Of a stretch of DNA of 64,000 bases, positions 9,850 to 19,656 are shown one piece after another (position 1 is the first letter of the stretch; each line of letters opens with the position of its first letter). The stretch covers positions 2,912,001 through 2,976,000 of the forward strand of contig OY776510.1 in the NCBI GenBank assembly GCA_963675665.1, written 5' to 3'. The DNA is from Spirochaetia bacterium. GTDB taxonomy: Bacteria; Spirochaetota; Spirochaetia; UBA9216. The notes under the pieces were generated by a model. The model was given only the letters and a program-made list of their open reading frames with translations, had not been told where the DNA came from and ran no database searches. Both the position numbers and the translations under genes were made by a program.

Positions 9850-11571
9850 CTATGCATTAAAATCAAGCAGGGCTGTATGGTTCGGAGATTTTTTGGCTTC
9901 AATCTTGAGCGCGGCAATATGTTCAGCCAGCTGTTCAAGCGTCAGTTCCTTAGGAGTTTTAAAAAGGCAAATTACTGCTGCGCTGACTGTCATGAACGGA
10001 AAACTTGTTTTCCGGCCGTTTCTGCTTTTTGAGGTAATATATCCTTTTTTTCGGGCATCTTCCTTATAAAACGGAAGAACGTCATTGGCAAAACGACTGA
10101 CAATGCTGTTAATTTCATCCATGATGCCAATCCTGCCGTGTTCTTTCTCGCTATATCCGATAAAGAAATCATCACCTCCTATATGGCCGATAAATTCCTT
10201 GCTTATCATTCTGTGCTCCTGCAGGATTTCGGAGAACAGGCGTATGATACGATCTCCCTGCCTGAATCCGTATACATCATTGAAGGGTTTAAAGTTATCC
10301 AGATCAAAATATACAAGAATGTGTCCACAGGAATTCTGCTTCATTACTTCGGCCAGATAGCTGTTGATACTGGAATTTCCCGGCAGTTTCGTAAGCGGAT
10401 TTTGATCCTGTGCGATTAATATCTTTTTTTCACTCAGGATTCTTAAAATTGCTGAAGCGCCGAGCACCCCTGTGTAGCGTCCGTTTTCAGTAATAATTAC
10501 ATTTTCAAGATTCTGGTTGAGGCTGTAGAGTTCAAGTATTTTTTCAATGGGACTTGAAATCTCCATTACAGGGGCTTTCGAAATAAGACTTTCTATTCCT
10601 TCGTTTGAAGACTTGTGCTGAAGTATGGAAATCCCGTATGGAGAAAACACATATTTCTTCAGATCTGTTTCCCTGAGCAGACCTACCGGTTCATTTCCAT
10701 GATTGACTATTGGAAAAGAATTTGTGTTCTGCTCTTTTCTGAATATTTCAAGTATTTTCTCGGTAGAAATTGTATCGGGTATTGCAGGAAGTTTCTCAAT
10801 CTCACGGATTATAAAATCCCTGTCGCCTTCGGTTTTTCTTGTCTGCCTGCCGATAAATTTGTCTACCATCTCATACCTGAGTTTGAGGTTGTCAAGATTC
10901 GATTCCGGTTTCTGGATCAGGTAACCCTGAACATAATCACAGCCTATCTCACGGCAGACAAAAAATTCGCCGATAGTCTCGATACCTTCGGCAATTACCG
11001 ATATGCCCATCATGTGGGCAAGATTAACAACATTCGCTACAAAAAATTTCTTCCGGCTGTCGTCATTAATATTTTCAATAAAAAACCTGTCGATTTTTAT
11101 GAAATCGGGATCGGAATGGTAAAGCATTGTCAGACCTGAATAACCAGATCCGAAGTCGTCTATAGCTATACGGAAATGATCCTCACGGCATTTCTCCAGC
11201 ATTTTATGCGTATCCCGGTAAGAGTTGACTTCATGTTTTTCGGATATTTCAAAGCAGATGTTGCTTTTAAATATCCTTCGTTGTTTTATCGGGTTGAAAA
11301 TTGAAGAATGGAAGCCCGGATCATTGAACAGCCTGTTGTCAAGATTATAAAAAAGCTTGGCGGAGCAGAGTTCGTGCCTGCTGTATAGAGTTGAAATAGC
11401 AAGATTTCTTAATGTCAATTCAAGTTCAAGAAGATTTCCTGCATTGTATGCTTTATCGAATACTTCTGAAATTGAATCGTAGCCTGATTCTTTAAATCCC
11501 CTGAGTAAAGCTTCAAAACCCAGGGTAACCCCGGTATGGATATTCACAATCGGCTGATAGGCATAATACAT
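9850..11571 (-). CDS. EAL-CBS-GGDEF c-di-GMP phosphodiesterase/cyclase
   Basis: EALL, DDFGSGYS and AEGIE (EAL domain); central CBS-like pair; DLDNFK and GGDDF (GGDEF domain). Confidence 0.9.
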   Translation of the reverse strand: MYYAYQPIVNIHTGVTLGFEALLRGFKESGYDSISEVFDKAYNAGNLLELELTLRNLAISTLYSRHELCSAKLFYNLDNRLFNDPGFHSSIFNPIKQRRIFKSNICFEISEKHEVNSYRDTHKMLEKCREDHFRIAIDDFGSGYSGLTMLYHSDPDFIKIDRFFIENINDDSRKKFFVANVVNLAHMMGISVIAEGIETIGEFFVCREIGCDYVQGYLIQKPESNLDNLKLRYEMVDKFIGRQTRKTEGDRDFIIREIEKLPAIPDTISTEKILEIFRKEQNTNSFPIVNHGNEPVGLLRETDLKKYVFSPYGISILQHKSSNEGIESLISKAPVMEISSPIEKILELYSLNQNLENVIITENGRYTGVLGASAILRILSEKKILIAQDQNPLTKLPGNSSINSYLAEVMKQNSCGHILVYFDLDNFKPFNDVYGFRQGDRIIRLFSEILQEHRMISKEFIGHIGGDDFFIGYSEKEHGRIGIMDEINSIVSRFANDVLPFYKEDARKKGYITSKSRNGRKTSFPFMTVSAAVICLFKTPKELTLEQLAEHIAALKIEAKKSPNHTALLDFNA

Positions 11572-11678
11572 GCTGTTAAATTAAAGTTATTTTGTTAAGA
11601 AACAATGAGAAAATGGTTAAATAGATGCCAAAAAACAAGCTACTTTTCATCCTCAATAATAAATAGTATTATATAAAT

Positions 11679-12176
11679 ATGATTGATGTAGTTACTGTCG
11701 GCTCAGCCGATGAAAAAATATTATACAAACAGGCTGCAACAGTTGCGGATATTGATGAGCGAATTGTACGTCTTGCACAGGCAATGATAGAGTCCCTGGT
11801 AATTCACAAGGGTATAGGGCTGGCCGGGCCCCAGGTAAACGAACAGCTGAGGCTTTTCGTTACGCACGCGCAGGGAGATATTCCGCGTGTTTTTATAAAT
11901 CCTGAAATAATAATGACGTCCAACGATATTGTCCCTTATGAGGAAGGCTGTCTGAGTATTCCCGGAATATGGGCTGATGTAATGCGGCCTGCCGAGGTTA
12001 CCATTCAGGCCTGGAACGAGAATGGCAAACCGTTTACTCTTGATGCCGAAGGGGTTCTTGCCCGGGTTATTCAGCATGAATATGATCACCTGAGGGGTAA
12101 ATTATTTATCGACAGGCTCAACGAAAAAAAGCGTGAGCGTTTACTGAAAGTTTATAATAAAAAACTCGGAAGTTAA
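11679..12176 (+). CDS. def: Peptide deformylase
   Basis: GIGLAGPQ, EGCLS and QHEYDH motifs. Confidence 0.97.
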   Translation: MIDVVTVGSADEKILYKQAATVADIDERIVRLAQAMIESLVIHKGIGLAGPQVNEQLRLFVTHAQGDIPRVFINPEIIMTSNDIVPYEEGCLSIPGIWADVMRPAEVTIQAWNENGKPFTLDAEGVLARVIQHEYDHLRGKLFIDRLNEKKRERLLKVYNKKLGS

Positions 12177-12182
12177 AAAATT

Positions 12183-13130
12183 ATGAAAGTGTTTTTTGCC
12201 GGAACACCTGAAATAGCGGTGCCTTCACTTGAAAAACTGAATAATGATCATGAAGTTGTAGGGGTCCTGACTAATCCGGACCGTGGTTGCGGCCGTGGTC
12301 GGGAGATTGCATGCTGCCCTGTAAAACTGAAAGCGGACGAGTTGGGAATTCAAACATTTCAACCGGAATCGCTGGATGCCGGTTTTATAAATGCCGTGAA
12401 AGAGCTGGGTGCAGAACTTCTGGCCGTTGTTGCGTTCGGAAAAATCTTTAAAAAGGATTTTATTGATATATTTCCGTCGGGAGGACTGAATGTTCATCCG
12501 TCTCTGCTGCCGAAATACAGGGGAGCCAGCCCCATTCAGACTGCGCTGCTGTCGGGCGACAGGGAAACCGGAGTGAGTATTCAGCGGCTGGCTCTGAAAA
12601 TGGACAGCGGAGCTCTTCTGAAACAGGAACCGTATGTTTACGACGGAACCGAAACCGGAGAGTCTCTTACGGATTATTTTGCCGAAAGGGGCGCAGAGCT
12701 TCTTTCCGGCGTGATTTCCGAGATTGAAAGAGGCGAGGCTGTTGAAACTGAACAGGATGAATCGGAAGCTACATACTGTTCTTTTATAAAAAAAGAAGAC
12801 GGATTGATAGACTGGAGAAATTCTGCAGTCCGGTTGGAACGGACGCTTCGGGCGTTTACTCCCTGGCCGGGAATTTATACATTTTTAGGTGATAAAAAGC
12901 TTAATATTATTGAAGCATCGGTTTATACTGGGGAATATGATTCAGCAGCAGCCGACTCTGTTGCTGCCGGCGGTGTTGCCGGGACAGACCGAACGCATGG
13001 AATTCTGATACAAACCGGAGACGGGCTTCTTGCTGTACAGAGACTGCAACTGCAGTCGAAAAAGCCCCTCGACTGGAAATCGTTTCTTAACGGTGTCAAG
13101 AATTTCGATAAAGCTGTACTTGGAGGTTAA
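12183..13130 (+). CDS. fmt: Methionyl-tRNA formyltransferase
   Basis: FAGTPE, NVHPSLLPKYRGASP and MDSG motifs; follows def. Confidence 0.96.
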   Translation: MKVFFAGTPEIAVPSLEKLNNDHEVVGVLTNPDRGCGRGREIACCPVKLKADELGIQTFQPESLDAGFINAVKELGAELLAVVAFGKIFKKDFIDIFPSGGLNVHPSLLPKYRGASPIQTALLSGDRETGVSIQRLALKMDSGALLKQEPYVYDGTETGESLTDYFAERGAELLSGVISEIERGEAVETEQDESEATYCSFIKKEDGLIDWRNSAVRLERTLRAFTPWPGIYTFLGDKKLNIIEASVYTGEYDSAAADSVAAGGVAGTDRTHGILIQTGDGLLAVQRLQLQSKKPLDWKSFLNGVKNFDKAVLGG

Positions 13131-13132
13131 TA

Positions 13133-14170
13133 GTGGGACCGCTTGGCGAGAAATTAAAGAGTATTCTGTTCGGAGGATCTTCAGATCCCGACCGCAGGTT
13201 TTACAGAACCTTTATGGTCTTTGCAATAGGAACAATCATAATAATGGTTGTTGCGGGATTGACCACCTTTTTCCTGACTCTCAAGGGAATAGAACAGACT
13301 ATGGTTCCCGATGTAACAGGTATTGAAATTGAGAATGCCCTTGTAGAACTTGAAGAGAAAGCACTTTATTCAAGCGTTCAGCTTCGGTATACGCAGAATA
13401 TTGAGGATAAGGGGCTGGTTGTGGAACAGGACCCCGGTCCCGGTACAAGCGTGCGCGCGGGTTCCCGTGTTGTGCTTCGGGTCAGTAAGGGATCTGCTGT
13501 AGAAAAACTGGACGATTATGTGGGTTGGAATGTTGATGATCTTGAAGCTCATATAAAGAGTATGGTTTCAATCTACGGCCCGTTGCTTTCCATAAAAAAA
13601 CCGGTAATCCGTATTTATGATAATTCTCCAACCGGAACAATACTCGTACAGAAACCTGAACCCGGCACCGATATCTCTGCGGCAACGGAGATTGAACTTG
13701 TAATAAGCAAAGGGCCGATGGGGCAGACACGAAAGGTTCCCGATTATACCGGCCTGACGTTTGGTGAGGTTATCGAGAGCGTTGCCGACGCCAATATCCG
13801 TTTTGTATTTACAACGAAGGATGCGGGCCGTAACGATGTGCCCGGTACTGTAGTCACACAGTCGCCGGCTGCCGAATCGGAAGTCCCGAACGATACGATT
13901 ATGCAATTTGTAATAGCAAGACCGGACAGTCCGCCTGAAGGTTACGTTTTTGGAATTCTTGAGCGCACCTTACCGGATTATCAGGTGCCTGTAACGCTTA
14001 AGGTTGAAGCTATTCTTCCGGATGGCGTCCGCAAACAAATATTCAATATGAAACATGCCGGAGGTCTGATTACAATTCCGTATCTTGAAGAAGAGAATAC
14101 CCTGCTGAAGGTAAGTGTTTCCGATAAAGAGATTATAACCTATCCCATAAGGGCTGTAAGATCGGAGTAG
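13133..14170 (+). CDS. Membrane-anchored PASTA-domain protein
   Basis: One TM helix followed by three PASTA-like repeats (VPDVTG...VVEQDPGPG...VSKG); no kinase domain. Confidence 0.85.
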   Translation: MGPLGEKLKSILFGGSSDPDRRFYRTFMVFAIGTIIIMVVAGLTTFFLTLKGIEQTMVPDVTGIEIENALVELEEKALYSSVQLRYTQNIEDKGLVVEQDPGPGTSVRAGSRVVLRVSKGSAVEKLDDYVGWNVDDLEAHIKSMVSIYGPLLSIKKPVIRIYDNSPTGTILVQKPEPGTDISAATEIELVISKGPMGQTRKVPDYTGLTFGEVIESVADANIRFVFTTKDAGRNDVPGTVVTQSPAAESEVPNDTIMQFVIARPDSPPEGYVFGILERTLPDYQVPVTLKVEAILPDGVRKQIFNMKHAGGLITIPYLEEENTLLKVSVSDKEIITYPIRAVRSE

Positions 14171-14235
14171 TTTTCGGAGGTAATTTTATTCTTGCATAAG
14201 TGCTGTTTTTCAGATTATTATAATGTTTGATTGAT

Positions 14236-14306
14236 GCGGCTGTCGTATAATGGTAATACCCGAGCTTCCCAAGCTCGTGCCGAGGGTTCGATTCCCTTCA
14301 GCCGCT
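14236..14306 (+). tRNA. tRNA-Gly (CCC)
   Basis: Acceptor stem GCGGCTG/CAGCCGC, anticodon arm CGAGC-TTCCCAA-GCTCG, T arm GAGGG-TTCGATT-CCCTT; CCA not encoded. Confidence 0.96.
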
Positions 14307-14419
14307 GAATTCCGACTTTTTATATTTCACCTATAATGATGAAAAATTACTTTTGTAGTCTGTTCGGGAATTGAACCCTGTTAGCGTGAAGCGGATATTA
14401 TCAGAACAATTTTAATACT

Positions 14420-14620
14420 CTATTCGCTAAGCTCGATCGGGATATGTAATGAACTGTCCCGATAAAAAAGAATCTTTTTACCCCGAAGGCCAATTTCTGC
14501 TTTATCAGCCAGCCTGGTACATCCATTTTTTTCCAATTCAATTATATCTCCTTCAATGTCAGAGGAACAAAACGCAAAATGATGAATTATTATATTCAAC
14601 GCAAGCTTCAATTGATTCAA
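14420..14620 (-). pseudogene. Possible remnant of a VOC/glyoxalase (methylmalonyl-CoA epimerase-like) gene
   Basis: HHFAF..DIE..I.EL...G...GLRG.KI.F...IEL resembles a VOC C-terminal half; N-terminal half absent. Confidence 0.35.
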
Positions 14621-14731
14621 TTCCGCCTGGAAAAATGAATAATCAAAATTTAATAGTTATCTGATTATATTGTTAAAAATCATATTAAAAGTTAATATAT
14701 AACGATTACTCTTTATTATAAGGCAGGAAGG

Positions 14732-16798
14732 ATGAGACTATCAAAGAAGATATCGGTAATAATCGGAGCGCTGGTTATTTTTATTTCACTGGGATTAAGC
14801 CTGACTTCACTAATCAACTCTTCCCGGACAATAAAAGAAATTGCGCGTCAGTCTTTGCTTACGGAAGCCGACATGGGCGGAAAACTTTTACATGAAAAAA
14901 TAACAAATAAATTATCATTGCTCCAGGAAATTGCAGCCATGAGCGATGTCGGCAGTATGGTTTGGGAAAGACAGCGAGCTGTTCTCAGGCCGGTTGCTAA
15001 AAGACTTGGTTACCTTGATATAGGAATTGTAAATCCGGACGGTATTGCTACTTATATTTCGAATAACAATACAGCTGATCTCAGCGATCGCGATTATATA
15101 AAAACTGCTTTGAAGGGTGACGCCGCAATTTCGGATGTTATCATCAGCAAGGTTACAGGGAATCCGGTAGTTATGTTTGCAGTACCCATATCACAGGGCG
15201 GTTTTATCAAAGGAGCGCTAATTGCACGCGGCGACGGTGATATTTTGAGTACTCTTACAAATACGATGGGTTTCGGAGAAACCGGATATGCGTATATGAT
15301 AAATGAAGAAGGCGTGGTCATTGCTCATTCCGATAAAGAGCTGGTTATAAACAGGTTTTCACCGATTGAAGCTGCAAGGTCCGATGCGGAATACCAACCC
15401 CTGGCAGATGCTGTTAACCGGATGCTTAAAGACAAAGAAGGGATGATCAATTACACATTTCAAAATAAGGAAATTTATTCCGGGTTTCAACCGGTTGAAC
15501 TTATGGGCTGGTCAATTGTAATTACAATTGAGAAACAGGAACTTATGGCCGGATTATACCGGCTTGTCGCTCATTTGATTATTGCGACCCTGATATTTTT
15601 ATTTATTGGAATTGTTGTAGCTATGGGAATAGGAAAATCCATAGCCCGGCCGCTTACCAAAATCCTGCCGGTCCTTGCCGGGATAGCTTCGGGAGATTTA
15701 ACACAAAAGATTGAATTTAATTCGAAAGATGAAATTGGGATTATGACAGATAATTTGAATACCGCGATTATGAGCCTTTCAGAAATGATCTCAACAGCCA
15801 GTCAGTCGACCTCAAAACTCAGCGGTATTGTTGAAAGCCTGTCCGTGAATATGATTGAAACTGCAACAACCATGAATCAGATAACTTCAAATATATCCAG
15901 CATAAATCAGCAGACAGACAGGCAGAATTCCTCTGTAGAAGAGGTTAATCAGAATGTCGGTAATATCAGGGAGCATATAAGGACTCTTGATGAATTGATA
16001 AATAGTCAGGCTGCGGCCATAAATCAGTCTTCCGCTGCTATTGAAGAGATGGTTGCCAATATTAAATCTATAGCTGATATTCTCAAACAGAATACATTAT
16101 CGGTGGAAAATTTGTATAAGGCAACTGAAGAAAGCCAGATTGATATTCAGGGTGTTGCTGATATTCTTAAAACTATAGAATCAGATTCGGACGGTTTGCT
16201 TGAAGCAAGTGATATTATACAGAATATTGCCGGACAGACAAATCTGCTGTCGATGAATGCCGCGATTGAAGCTGCACATGCCGGAGATGCAGGAAAGGGT
16301 TTTTCAGTGGTAGCTGATGAAATCAGAAAGCTTGCTGAAAATTCTGCCGAACAGGGCAAGACTATTTCGACTGTTTTGGTTAATTTAAAACAGCAGATCA
16401 ATACGGTTACTGCGCTTTCGGAAAAATCCCAGGAACAGTTTTCCAGTATTATGGATAACCTGGACTCTGTAAAGAATCAGGAAAATGTTATCAGGAATGC
16501 CATGGATGAACAAAGCGCCGGAAGTCTGCAGGTACTTGAAGCCATCAGGGAAATTGACAACATTACAATCGAAGTCAGAACCGGATCATCCCAGATGCTG
16601 GATAGAAGTGAAGAAGTTTTATCCGATATGAAGCGACTTTCGGGTATTACTGCAGAAATCAGCAGCGGAATTAACGAGATGGCTACCGGATCTGAACAGA
16701 TAAATGAATCAGTTCACAATGTTAATGAAATTACGCATGAAACCAAAAACTGTTTTTCTGAATTATCATCAGCGGTTTCAAATTTCAAAGTGTCCTGA
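14732..16798 (+). CDS. Methyl-accepting chemotaxis protein (dCache-HAMP-MA)
   Basis: Two TM helices, Cache motifs (DRDY, GYAYMIN), HAMP, and [20 protein letters not shown] signalling domain. Confidence 0.95.
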   Translation: MRLSKKISVIIGALVIFISLGLSLTSLINSSRTIKEIARQSLLTEADMGGKLLHEKITNKLSLLQEIAAMSDVGSMVWERQRAVLRPVAKRLGYLDIGIVNPDGIATYISNNNTADLSDRDYIKTALKGDAAISDVIISKVTGNPVVMFAVPISQGGFIKGALIARGDGDILSTLTNTMGFGETGYAYMINEEGVVIAHSDKELVINRFSPIEAARSDAEYQPLADAVNRMLKDKEGMINYTFQNKEIYSGFQPVELMGWSIVITIEKQELMAGLYRLVAHLIIATLIFLFIGIVVAMGIGKSIARPLTKILPVLAGIASGDLTQKIEFNSKDEIGIMTDNLNTAIMSLSEMISTASQSTSKLSGIVESLSVNMIETATTMNQITSNISSINQQTDRQNSSVEEVNQNVGNIREHIRTLDELINSQAAAINQSSAAIEEMVANIKSIADILKQNTLSVENLYKATEESQIDIQGVADILKTIESDSDGLLEASDIIQNIAGQTNLLSMNAAIEAAHAGDAGKGFSVVADEIRKLAENSAEQGKTISTVLVNLKQQINTVTALSEKSQEQFSSIMDNLDSVKNQENVIRNAMDEQSAGSLQVLEAIREIDNITIEVRTGSSQMLDRSEEVLSDMKRLSGITAEISSGINEMATGSEQINESVHNVNEITHETKNCFSELSSAVSNFKVS

Positions 16799-16833
16799 TG
16801 AGCAATTCAAAAGAAATTCAAAAAGGAATAAGC

Positions 16834-16862
16834 TTGACATTTAAGTAAAGTGCCAATAGGAT
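16834..16862 (+). promoter_or_regulatory. Sigma70-type promoter upstream of the riboswitch
   Basis: TTGACA (16834-39), 17 nt spacer, TAGGAT (16857-62); predicted transcription start just before the aptamer. Confidence 0.7.
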
Positions 16863-16869
16863 AAATTAC

Positions 16870-16972
16870 ATTACTCCGAACCTTTAATTCCTAAAGCTTT
16901 TTATAGCCATGGATAAAGGTCGCTGGGTACGATGGGAAACGATCGTGCCTTCCGTGTTTGAAAAGGAGGATC
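16870..16972 (+). ncRNA. Moco RNA motif (molybdenum/tungsten cofactor riboswitch candidate), P3-less variant
   Basis: P1 CTCC/GGAG; P2 ACCTTTA/TAAAGGT with a CCTAAAG...CATGG tetraloop-receptor-like element; P4 GGTACGAT-GGGAAACG-ATCGTGCC with a GAAA loop; P5 and 3' end CCTTCCGTGTTTGAAAAGGAG resembles the E. coli moaA leader; lies upstream of a WtpA/ModA-like gene. Confidence 0.85.
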
Positions 16973-17116
16973 TGAAAACATTTCTCATGTTAAATAAAAC
17001 AATCTTGTTTTAAATCTCGTTATAAATTTATCCTGCAAGCGAAATGTCATTGATCCGGGATGTCTGAAAAAAACGGAAGGCTGTTAAATCTTTTCCAGTA
17101 ACAAAATGCTCCTCAC

Positions 17117-17149
17117 TGCCTTGCTTTACTTTACAGCAGGTGTTTTTTT
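17117..17149 (+). terminator. Possible attenuator (riboswitch expression platform)
   Basis: Imperfect stem CCTTGCT...AGCAGG followed by a T7 run, about 27 nt before the ATG. Confidence 0.35.
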
Positions 17150-17176
17150 ATCAGGAATTTTGTCCCGGAGGTTTTT

Positions 17177-18487
17177 ATGTCATTGTATCGAAAGTATTTG
17201 CCCGAACTGAAGAGTACCACTCTGTTTCAGTCTATTGAAGATGAAGAACTGATTGCGTTACTGGAGGTAATGCATCCTGAAATTGTGTGCCGTAAGGCAG
17301 GAGAACGTGGAATGCCGCCTATTGATATGGAGAACGGTCTGTTCTGTTTTGTCCTTAAAGGAAAACCCCTGGATGAACTGGAACCAAGGCTGGATGCATA
17401 TAACATGCCAGGACCTGCCGAACCCGGAATGATGATGGGCGAGATTCCCTGCCTGTCGGAAATGCGCAAAAGCAGGGCTCCGAGAATAAAAATGAAAGGC
17501 CCTCCTCACGGCGGTCCTAAAAATGAAGAGTTTGATTTATATATGCTCCGGATGAGCGGCGAGATGTTAACCGGATTCTACGGCAGCCGATACAGCAAGG
17601 CACAGGGGATTATGCTCCGTAACTTTTTAGGCATTCTCGCCCAGAAGGTTACCGATGTCCGAAAGGAAAAGGCGGAAACTGTCGCTGCTTTTGAAGCGGA
17701 GCTTGCTCCATATCGTCTGATTGTTTCCTGTGCCGGCGTATCAATGCGGCTTGTCAAAGCCGCAGCCGGAGAGTGGAACAGGATTCACCCGGAGCTGCCG
17801 GCCGTAGTTAATCCCGGCGGTTCAGTCGATCTGATTCGTAATTTTATTAATGGTGAACCCTGTGATCTTTTAATTTCAGCTGATGATGAAATCATGCGTT
17901 CGATGCTGCTACCCGAATACATTGACGGATACCGAATATGGGCTGGTAATAAAATGGTTGTAACCGGCGAAGATATCAATACGGGGAACTGGGAGGAGAA
18001 ACTTCTTGCTGAAGATGCAACCTTCAAACACAGGAACCCGTATGGTGATCCGGGAGGTTACCGCGCTGTTATGGCAATGTTGCTGGCTGACGCATATAAG
18101 CCGGGTCTTTCTGCTCGTCTTATGAATCATCCGGGCCATATCGGTATGGAAAAAGATCCGGGGCCGTTCGGCAATATGAAACCGGCAAAATATGAATTTA
18201 CCTACTTTTCAGGAGCAAAGGCCTCCGGCTGTAATTTTGCTGAATTGCCGCCGGTAATGGATCTTTCTGATCCCGAACTGGCCGGTGAATATGCCAAAGT
18301 CAGTTTTGCCGTAGACGATAAAAACAGTGTAACAGCGACGCCTGTTTCTCATGCACTGACAATTCCAGGGACTGCGCTTCACAAGGAGGCAGCAAAAGAA
18401 TTTGCCGGACTGTTCCTGGCTGTTGACAAGGAACCCGAGGGTTTCCTGCGTCGCGACGGCATTGTCGGCGAAGACCCTCTTAAATAA
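17177..18487 (+). CDS. Fusion of an N-terminal Crp/Fnr-like cNMP-binding domain and a C-terminal WtpA/ModA-like tungstate/molybdate-binding domain
   Basis: N-term LKSTTLFQSIEDEEL...VLKG...GEI...RNFLGILAQK is Crp-like without an HTH. C-term GGSVDLIR, CDLLISAD, NKMVV, DPGGYR and ALTIP is WtpA-like. No signal peptide. Confidence 0.7.
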   Translation: MSLYRKYLPELKSTTLFQSIEDEELIALLEVMHPEIVCRKAGERGMPPIDMENGLFCFVLKGKPLDELEPRLDAYNMPGPAEPGMMMGEIPCLSEMRKSRAPRIKMKGPPHGGPKNEEFDLYMLRMSGEMLTGFYGSRYSKAQGIMLRNFLGILAQKVTDVRKEKAETVAAFEAELAPYRLIVSCAGVSMRLVKAAAGEWNRIHPELPAVVNPGGSVDLIRNFINGEPCDLLISADDEIMRSMLLPEYIDGYRIWAGNKMVVTGEDINTGNWEEKLLAEDATFKHRNPYGDPGGYRAVMAMLLADAYKPGLSARLMNHPGHIGMEKDPGPFGNMKPAKYEFTYFSGAKASGCNFAELPPVMDLSDPELAGEYAKVSFAVDDKNSVTATPVSHALTIPGTALHKEAAKEFAGLFLAVDKEPEGFLRRDGIVGEDPLK

Positions 18488-18507
18488 ATTATATAAGGAG
18501 TAAAAAA

Positions 18508-19647
18508 ATGAAAAAACTAATTACAATCTTACTGTTGACGCTTTGCCTTGCGGTACCGCTGATTGCGGCCGGTCAGACTGAAAGTCCAGCAACGGAAGCA
18601 GTCGGGGAGACCTTTGTCGAACAGGCGGAAAGAAGTGTTACTGTTACTGATATGAGCGGCGACACCGTTACGGTTGTCGGAGAAATTAAGAAAATAGTCA
18701 ACCTGTGGCCGGCAGGAACTTCTTCTTTTTTTGTCATGGGCGCGGGCGATTTAATAGTCGGTCTTGCCGTAAACAAACCCGGTACAATGAATTCCTGGAC
18801 GCAGCTGTTTTATCCCGATTGCGTCAATATTCCCGCTCTCGGCGGTGTTACCCCCTCTGTTGAAGATATCATCAAGCTGAACCCGGACCTGGTTATAATT
18901 CATCCGACTACCGCAAAAGCCGGTTTTGCAGAACAGATTCGCGGTGTTGGAATTCCGGCTATCAATATCAATTTCAGCGACTATAAAACAATGATGCAGG
19001 CTTACACTGTTCTCGGAGAAGTTCTCGGAGGAGAATATCAGGAAAGATTAAGTACCTGGTGTAATGCTGTAGAAAACAAACTGGCAAATGTAAGAAGGCT
19101 GACAGCAGGTATTGATCAAGCGGACAGGCCGGTTGTTTATTATATTTCCGGCCAGACTGATTCGCTGACCGCGACCATGTCTGCCGACAGTATTATTAGC
19201 GATTGGGTTGAGTCTACCGGCGGAGTTTACGCAGCCGGGCTTATGTCGATACCTGCAAAGGAAATGACGGCAGAAGCGGTTTTCAGTCTTAATCCTGATG
19301 TGATCGTTTGCGGAGGGGTATATCAGCATATTGAGAAGAATGCCCTTGAAACTTCGGAAGGCTGGAAAGAATTGAATGCAGTAGTAAACAATAGGGTCCA
19401 CAACAATCCCTACGGCTGTTTTAACTGGGACCGTTTCGGCCTTGAAAGTCAGTTGCAGATTAATTATGCACTTATGAGTATTCAACCAGAGATAGCAAAA
19501 GCAAACGGAATCACAAAAGAATCGATGATCGAAGAAATTATTGAATTCTACAGGACTTACACTGATTATGAATTAACCCTGATCCAGGCTGAGAATATGC
19601 TTGGCGGCCTGCGCTTCGACGGCACAGCTGAAATTCCTGTTCAGTAA
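18508..19647 (+). CDS. ABC transporter substrate-binding protein, class III (BtuF/FepB/MolA-like)
   Basis: Signal peptide, VTVTDMSG, EDIIKLNPDLV, NPYGCFNWDR motifs. Confidence 0.88.
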   Translation: MKKLITILLLTLCLAVPLIAAGQTESPATEAVGETFVEQAERSVTVTDMSGDTVTVVGEIKKIVNLWPAGTSSFFVMGAGDLIVGLAVNKPGTMNSWTQLFYPDCVNIPALGGVTPSVEDIIKLNPDLVIIHPTTAKAGFAEQIRGVGIPAININFSDYKTMMQAYTVLGEVLGGEYQERLSTWCNAVENKLANVRRLTAGIDQADRPVVYYISGQTDSLTATMSADSIISDWVESTGGVYAAGLMSIPAKEMTAEAVFSLNPDVIVCGGVYQHIEKNALETSEGWKELNAVVNNRVHNNPYGCFNWDRFGLESQLQINYALMSIQPEIAKANGITKESMIEEIIEFYRTYTDYELTLIQAENMLGGLRFDGTAEIPVQ

Positions 19648-19656
19648 TCATTTTTT

